Shown here: positions 35,207-40,227 of the stretch, piece after piece
How the letters are laid out: each line of letters starts with the position of its first letter
Position numbering within the stretch: position 1 is the first letter of the stretch
UHGV virus genome: UHGV-0148877
Strand: one strand, 5' to 3'
Source of the DNA: a virus
DNA length: 40,227 bases
Made by a program: the position numbers and the translations under genes
The notes under the pieces: model-generated
Databases searched by the model: none
What the model saw: the letters and a program-made list of their open reading frames with translations, nothing else
Told to the model about the DNA's origin: nothing

Positions 35207-36024
35207 AACCGGGAATTTATTTCGACATCAGCAACGAAGACTACCACGCCGGTGACGGCGTGAGTAAGTCGCAACTGGACATGGTTGCCAAGAATCCGGC
35301 GCTTCTTAAATGGGTTCAGGCAGCACCAGAAGACGAAGAGAAAAAGTCTGCACTGGATATGGGAACCGCATTGCACTGTCTGCTTCTGGAGCCTGGAGAG
35401 TTCGACAAACGCTTCATTGTTTCACCGAAATTCGATCGTCGGACGAAACAAGGTAAAGCTGACGAAGAGGAATTTCTTCGTGATGTGGCGGATATGGGGA
35501 TTACGGTACTTGATGCCGAGCAGTGGCGGAAACTGGAGCTGATGCGTGATAGCGCAATGGCTCACCCGGCGGCACGCTGGATGCTGGAAGCACCTGGTTA
35601 CTGCGAAGCATCAATGTACTGGAACGATGAAGAGACGGGGGAGTTGTGCCGAATTCGTCCAGACAAATGGCTGAACGAGCACAACGTGATCGTCGACGTG
35701 AAAAAGGTTGCAGATATGGACCGTTTTGCACGCCACATCGAGGAATTCCGCTACCACGTGCAGGACGCAATGTACCGCGAAGGCGCAATGAGGGTTACTG
35801 GTCAGCCGCATGGTTTTTTCTTTCTTGCCGTGAGCGAAAGCATTGATTGTGGTCGGTATCCGGTACGCGTGTTCGAGCTGGATGCGCAGGATGTCGATGC
35901 CGGGCACGCTCTGTTCCGCCGGGATCTGAATACCTATCACGAATGCCGCATCAATGATGAATGGGGCGGTGTGGAAATCATTAAACGCCCTGAGTGGGCA
36001 CGCAAACAGGATATGTACATATGA
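35203..36024 (+). CDS. PD-(D/E)XK-family exonuclease (RecE-like recombination partner)
   Basis: 273 aa; motif IRPDKW...VIVDVKKV consistent with a PD-(D/E)XK nuclease; translationally coupled (ATGA) to the RecT gene. Confidence 0.65.
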   Translation: MKPGIYFDISNEDYHAGDGVSKSQLDMVAKNPALLKWVQAAPEDEEKKSALDMGTALHCLLLEPGEFDKRFIVSPKFDRRTKQGKADEEEFLRDVADMGITVLDAEQWRKLELMRDSAMAHPAARWMLEAPGYCEASMYWNDEETGELCRIRPDKWLNEHNVIVDVKKVADMDRFARHIEEFRYHVQDAMYREGAMRVTGQPHGFFFLAVSESIDCGRYPVRVFELDAQDVDAGHALFRRDLNTYHECRINDEWGGVEIIKRPEWARKQDMYI

Positions 36025-36962
36025 GCAACGACATCGCAAACATCAACGCACCAGTAGACACAGCAATCGCTGGAACTGCTGCAACTATTTTCAGCCCAGA
36101 CGGCTTGAACCAACTGATGAAATTCGCCGAGGTAATGGCGCAAAGCCGCGTAACTGTACCGGCGCACCTCGCCGGGAAACCAGCTGATTGCATGGCCGTG
36201 GCAATGCAGGCTGCGCAGTGGGGAATGAACCCGTTTGCCGTGGCTCAGAAAACCCATGTTGTGAACGGCACGCTAGGTTATGAAGCCCAATTAGTAAACG
36301 CAGTTATCTCAACGATGTCGCCAACAAAAGATCGCATCAACTACGAGTGGTTCGGGCCGTGGGAACGCGTGATCGGTAAGTTTGTTGAGAAAACATCCAA
36401 AAACGGCAATCCATATATCGCACCAGGCTGGACTCTAAAAGACGAAGAAGGCTGCGGTGTTCGCGTATGGGCAACCATGAAGGGCGAGGATCAACCTCGA
36501 GTGCTTGAGTTAATGCTGTCTCAAGCACAGGTAAGAAACTCCACACTTTGGGCCAGTGATCCGAAACAACAACTCGCATACCTTGCGACAAAACGCTGGT
36601 CTCGCCTGCACTGTCCTGACGTAATCATGGGCGTCTACACCCCAGACGAATTACAGGAAACGGCACCGCGCGTTGAGCGAGACATTACTCCGCAAACGAC
36701 CACTGCTGCGGGAATGAACAGTCTGATCAACGCTAAACCAGCGAAAAAGCCTGATGAGCAAACGCGTAAATCGGACAGCCGTGATCCAGAAGAAATGCTG
36801 ATGGCCTTTACCAGCGCAGCGATTAATTACAGCACTGTCTCCGAACTGGATAAGGCTTACAAATACATTGCACAAAAACTTTCAGATGATGACGAACTGC
36901 TGGCAAAAGCCACCGACGTTTACAGCGTTCGTCGGGAAGAATTAAACGAAACATCTATGTAA
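36021..36962 (+). CDS. recT: RecT-family single-strand annealing protein
   Basis: About 313 aa from the ATG at 36021; conserved-looking RecT core (NPFAVAQKTHVVNGTLGYEAQL..., LWASDPKQQLAYLATKRW) and acidic C-terminus; paired with the upstream exonuclease. Confidence 0.8.
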   Translation: MSNDIANINAPVDTAIAGTAATIFSPDGLNQLMKFAEVMAQSRVTVPAHLAGKPADCMAVAMQAAQWGMNPFAVAQKTHVVNGTLGYEAQLVNAVISTMSPTKDRINYEWFGPWERVIGKFVEKTSKNGNPYIAPGWTLKDEEGCGVRVWATMKGEDQPRVLELMLSQAQVRNSTLWASDPKQQLAYLATKRWSRLHCPDVIMGVYTPDELQETAPRVERDITPQTTTAAGMNSLINAKPAKKPDEQTRKSDSRDPEEMLMAFTSAAINYSTVSELDKAYKYIAQKLSDDDELLAKATDVYSVRREELNETSM

Positions 36963-37011
36963 CCACCACCGCGGCGCCACGCGCGCCGCACTGCAACCAA
37001 GAGAGGTATTT

Positions 37012-37260
37012 ATGAAAGGTGCATTAGGTAAGAAGGAACTCCTGGCGGTGGTTCCACTGTCATGGAGCACTATCGACCGTATGGAGCGCGCAGGGGAATT
37101 TCCTAAACGCTGGTATATCACCGATAAACGCTGCGCATGGAACCGTGATGAAGTTGAGCGTTGGCTTGATGAACGTCAGGCAGCAAGCCCGGCAGAGTTC
37201 CAGGGTAAAAAGCCTCCTGTTCAGCAACGTGTATATCGTCCCGTGAGCAACGCTGCATGA
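37012..37260 (+). CDS. AlpA-family transcriptional regulator / excisionase-like protein
   Basis: 82 aa; LLAVVPLSWSTIDRMERAGEFPKRWYITDKRCAWNRDEVERWL matches the AlpA/Xis small HTH pattern. Confidence 0.7.
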   Translation: MKGALGKKELLAVVPLSWSTIDRMERAGEFPKRWYITDKRCAWNRDEVERWLDERQAASPAEFQGKKPPVQQRVYRPVSNAA

Positions 37261-37373
37261 GTGAGCTGCTAAGGCACTGGAGCAAATGGTCAGGATGGTA
37301 CTTATTCCTGGCCTCTGTTTCAGCATGGCTTTATCTACTGGCATTAATTTTCAGAGAGGGTTGGATTAAGTGA
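37257..37373 (+). CDS. Small hydrophobic peptide (below the ORF-track cut-off)
   Basis: 38 aa (MSELLRHWSKWSGWYLFLASVSAWLYLLALIFREGWIK), one predicted TM helix; ATG overlaps the AlpA stop (ATGA) and its stop overlaps the next start (GTGA). Confidence 0.25.
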   Translation: MSELLRHWSKWSGWYLFLASVSAWLYLLALIFREGWIK

Positions 37374-37669
37374 GAAAGTTAAGCCGACTTGAAAAATATC
37401 ACATGAATAAGGTTTCAATGCGCAGTCCGTCAAAGATTGTCGCCGTTACTCCTGCGGCGATAGAGATCGAAAAACGCGCGATTGAAAGAGAGAAAAAAGG
37501 GCAATTCCGCATTGCCGCTCACCTTTGGCTTCAGTGTATGGATGTTGCTTCTGGTGATGTTGAACGTGCAAGGATCGCGGTTCGCAGGGACCAATGTATC
37601 ACAAAAGGTAACGGCCTTCGCCGTGGCGACTATAGCGGAATAGGATGTTGTGGGGTGGTTTATGACTAA
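37370..37669 (+). CDS. Small regulator-like protein (PerC/ANR-like pattern)
   Basis: 99 aa; AAHLWLQCMDVASGDVERARIAVRRDQCI resembles the A-x2-LW-x2-C...ER...AR...C pattern I recall for small PerC/ANR-type regulators; low-confidence family call. Confidence 0.35.
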   Translation: MRKLSRLEKYHMNKVSMRSPSKIVAVTPAAIEIEKRAIEREKKGQFRIAAHLWLQCMDVASGDVERARIAVRRDQCITKGNGLRRGDYSGIGCCGVVYD

Positions 37670-38312
37670 GAAATACACACTAATCTATGCAGATCCACCC
37701 TGGGTATACCGGGACAAAGCCGCAGATGGTAATCGCGGTGCCGGTTTTAAATATCCGGTTATGAGTGTGCTGGATATCTGCCGCCTTCCTGTGTGGGATT
37801 TGGCCGATGAAAACTGTCTGTTGGCCATGTGGTGGGTGCCAACACAACCACTCGAAGCACTAAAAGTTGTTGAAGCCTGGGGATTCCGTCTGATGACGAT
37901 GAAGGGCTTCACGTGGATAAAATGTGGTAGTCGACAACCAGATAAACTGGTTATGGGTATGGGACACATGACTCGCGCCAATAGTGAAGATTGCCTGTTT
38001 GCGGTAAAGGGAAAACTACCTACGCGCATTAATGCAGGGATCGTTCAGTCATTTACCGCACCGCGGCTTGAGCATTCAAGAAAGCCAGATATCGTTCGTG
38101 AAAAACTTGTGCAATTATTAGGCGATGTTTCTCGCATTGAACTGTTCGCCCGCCAGACGTCTCATGGATTCGATGTTTGGGGTAATCAGTGCGAAGACCC
38201 GGCAGTGCAACTACACCCTGGATACGCGTTGGATATCGGCGGATTAACAAATGCATTCAGCAATGCTCCGCTGTCACCAACAGACAACCAGGGGCGGGAG
38301 CGTGCAGCATGA
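37662..38312 (+). CDS. MT-A70-family N6-adenine DNA methyltransferase (orphan)
   Basis: About 216 aa from the ATG at 37662; catalytic DPPW motif (YADPPWVY) near the N-terminus; no restriction-endonuclease-like gene adjacent. Confidence 0.85.
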   Translation: MTKKYTLIYADPPWVYRDKAADGNRGAGFKYPVMSVLDICRLPVWDLADENCLLAMWWVPTQPLEALKVVEAWGFRLMTMKGFTWIKCGSRQPDKLVMGMGHMTRANSEDCLFAVKGKLPTRINAGIVQSFTAPRLEHSRKPDIVREKLVQLLGDVSRIELFARQTSHGFDVWGNQCEDPAVQLHPGYALDIGGLTNAFSNAPLSPTDNQGRERAA

Positions 38313-38968
38313 ACCTATATCAACGCATCAATGGCGCTGACTGGTGCAATATCTTCGTCGTCGGCGATCTGCATGGGTGCTACACGCTGCTGATGAACGA
38401 ACTCGACAAAGTTTCATTCGACCCGGCGCGCGATTTGCTTATTTCCGTTGGTGACCTTGTTGACCGCGGCGCTGAAAACGTCGAATGCCTGGATTTGATT
38501 ACTATGCCGTGGTTCCGAGCTGTTCGTGGCAACCATGAGCAGATGATGCTGGATGCACTGGTCAACGGCGGAAGTTTCGGACATTGGATGTCAAACGGCG
38601 GTGGATGGTGGCACCAACTTGATTCTGAGCAGGATGTGCAACTCAAATACCTTCTGCCAAAGGTTGCCAACCTCCCGATGATTATCGAACTGGTTACCGG
38701 CAATAAGAAGGTCGTCATCTGCCACGCAGACTACCCGCACAACGAATACGCATTCGATAAGCCAGTACCGGAAGAAATGGTGATATGGAATCGTGAGCGG
38801 GTTAGCGACGCGCAGGACGGTATTGTCTCGGAGATAACCGGTGCCGATTTGTTCATCTTCGGTCATACGCCAGCACATCACCCACTGGTGTATGCAAACC
38901 AAATGTACATCGACACCGGCGCAGTGTTCTGCGGAAATCTGACGCTTACCAAAGTCCAGGAAGGATAG
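38309..38968 (+). CDS. Ser/Thr protein phosphatase (lambda-phosphatase / calcineurin-like family)
   Basis: About 219 aa from the ATG at 38309 (overlaps MTase stop); metallophosphatase motifs GDLHG, GDLVDRG, GNHE. Confidence 0.85.
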   Translation: MNLYQRINGADWCNIFVVGDLHGCYTLLMNELDKVSFDPARDLLISVGDLVDRGAENVECLDLITMPWFRAVRGNHEQMMLDALVNGGSFGHWMSNGGGWWHQLDSEQDVQLKYLLPKVANLPMIIELVTGNKKVVICHADYPHNEYAFDKPVPEEMVIWNRERVSDAQDGIVSEITGADLFIFGHTPAHHPLVYANQMYIDTGAVFCGNLTLTKVQEG

Positions 38969-38970
38969 AA

Positions 38971-40227
38971 TTATTTATTACTGTCTTCCATCCACTTCTC
39001 AAACTTCGACGGGGAGAACGGAATCAGATCCGTATGCTCCCCGTCAATCCAGGAATCAATCATATCTGCCCACTGCTGCAACATGTAGGCGCGCTGTCTG
39101 GCGTATTCCGCTTTGTTATATACGGCGCGCACACCTTTCTGCTCATGTGCCAGAGCCTTTTCAATCCAGTCTGAAGGATAACCAGCCTCATGCAACAACG
39201 TACTGGCTGTACGGCGCATATCGTGTACGGTGAAGTCCTGAATATGCTCACCATCTTCATTTATTATTTTCACCGTTCTGTCGATCAGAGAGTTCAACGC
39301 GGCATTAGATAATGGCTTACGGAAATTGTAACGACCAGGAACCAGGTATTCACTTCCACCAGCGCACATCTGCAACCCGACCAATATATCCTGTGCCTGT
39401 TTAGGCAGGTAAATAACGTGCGCCCGGCTTCCTTTCATGCGGTCTGAAGGAATTGTCCATGTCCATTTTTTAAAATCTATTTCATCCCACGTTGCATTGG
39501 TGAATTCGCCTTTACGAACCATAGTGATAAGCACCAACTTTAAAGCCATTTTCATAGTGCCCATAGCACCAATGGCATCCAGCGTGCGGAAGAACAGGCC
39601 AATTTCTTCTGGCGTCAGTGTTCGCTCTCGTGGTTTAAATATGGCGATAGACGAAGGTTTAATGTCAGCCGCAGGATTAAACAAACCATGACCACGGTCA
39701 TTGGCGTGACGGTATACGCTGCTGATGATCTCCCTGGCCTGCACTGCTGTTGCCCGACCACCGCGTTCGACAATCCGGTCACACAAATCACGAACCATCG
39801 ATGTGGTAATTTCAGTCATCATTTTGTTGCCAAGAACCGGAAGTATGTCACGGTCGATCACCGCCTGCTTCATTGCGCGGGTACTGTCAGCCAGGATGAC
39901 ATGTTTCATATAACTGTCGGTATGTACCGCAAACGTCTCGGCACCACGAATCTTTTTGATACCGTCACGTTTAGCCGCAGCCGGCGACTGGCCTGCTTTA
40001 AGCAGCTTCTTTGCAGCAATCAGTTCTTCTCGCGCTTCTGCCAGGCTGATACCGTCACGCCCATACTGCCCGATTACCAGTGTTTCGCGGCGACCGTTGA
40101 TACGGTAGTCATAGCGAAACGAGACCGTGCCTGACGTAAGCACAGCTACATACAGCCCGTCACGATCGGAGACCTTATAAAGTTTGTCCTGCGGCTTGAG
40201 GTTTTTTAATTTTGTATCGGTAAGCAC
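38971..40227 (-). CDS. int: Tyrosine integrase (site-specific recombinase)
   Basis: 418 aa; N-terminus LTDTKLKNLKPQDK...SFRYDYRINGRRETL and C-terminal catalytic region (HDMRRT...HE...Y) typical of phage integrases; ORF starts at the window edge (GTG), so the first codon is uncertain. Confidence 0.85.
   Translation of the reverse strand: MLTDTKLKNLKPQDKLYKVSDRDGLYVAVLTSGTVSFRYDYRINGRRETLVIGQYGRDGISLAEAREELIAAKKLLKAGQSPAAAKRDGIKKIRGAETFAVHTDSYMKHVILADSTRAMKQAVIDRDILPVLGNKMMTEITTSMVRDLCDRIVERGGRATAVQAREIISSVYRHANDRGHGLFNPAADIKPSSIAIFKPRERTLTPEEIGLFFRTLDAIGAMGTMKMALKLVLITMVRKGEFTNATWDEIDFKKWTWTIPSDRMKGSRAHVIYLPKQAQDILVGLQMCAGGSEYLVPGRYNFRKPLSNAALNSLIDRTVKIINEDGEHIQDFTVHDMRRTASTLLHEAGYPSDWIEKALAHEQKGVRAVYNKAEYARQRAYMLQQWADMIDSWIDGEHTDLIPFSPSKFEKWMEDSNK

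Noticed and set aside
1-40227. CRISPR arrays, insertion sequences/transposases, and att core repeats
   Set aside because: No regularly spaced short direct repeats with unique spacers, no transposase-like ORF or terminal inverted repeats, and both window ends fall inside or at the edge of phage genes, so attachment sites must lie outside the window.

Overview
The window is almost entirely one temperate prophage (about 40 kb, roughly 50% GC, enterobacterial style), running from the stop codon of an Rz-like spanin gene at position 1 to the start of a tyrosine integrase at 40227; no att sites are visible. Layout: a minus-strand operon (cro-like, O with internal ori iterons, lambda-P-like helicase loader, a nin-like block of small hypothetical genes, TerS, TerL, portal, scaffold, major capsid, tail tube/nozzle, three large internal virion/ejection proteins, tailspike, holin, GH19-type endolysin, Rz/Rz1) and a plus-strand arm (repressor, RecE-like exonuclease, RecT, AlpA, MT-A70 methyltransferase, Ser/Thr phosphatase). 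Most notable by direct reading: (1) a 17-bp palindrome ATTACC-N5-GGTAAT present as at least 10 perfect-core copies at promoter positions across the element, including accessory genes; (2) a near-consensus LexA box in front of a small gene whose product aligns with the C-terminal domain of a Bro-N antirepressor, while the repressor has no recognisable S24 autocleavage domain; (3) an AT-rich accessory island between tailspike and ejection-protein genes carrying a membrane tandem Cys-motif protein, an antirepressor, a toxin-antitoxin-like pair and two secreted proteins; (4) a tRNA-Arg(UCU) transcription unit sitting antisense between portal and TerL. All functional names are from motif recognition and recalled family features, not database searches.
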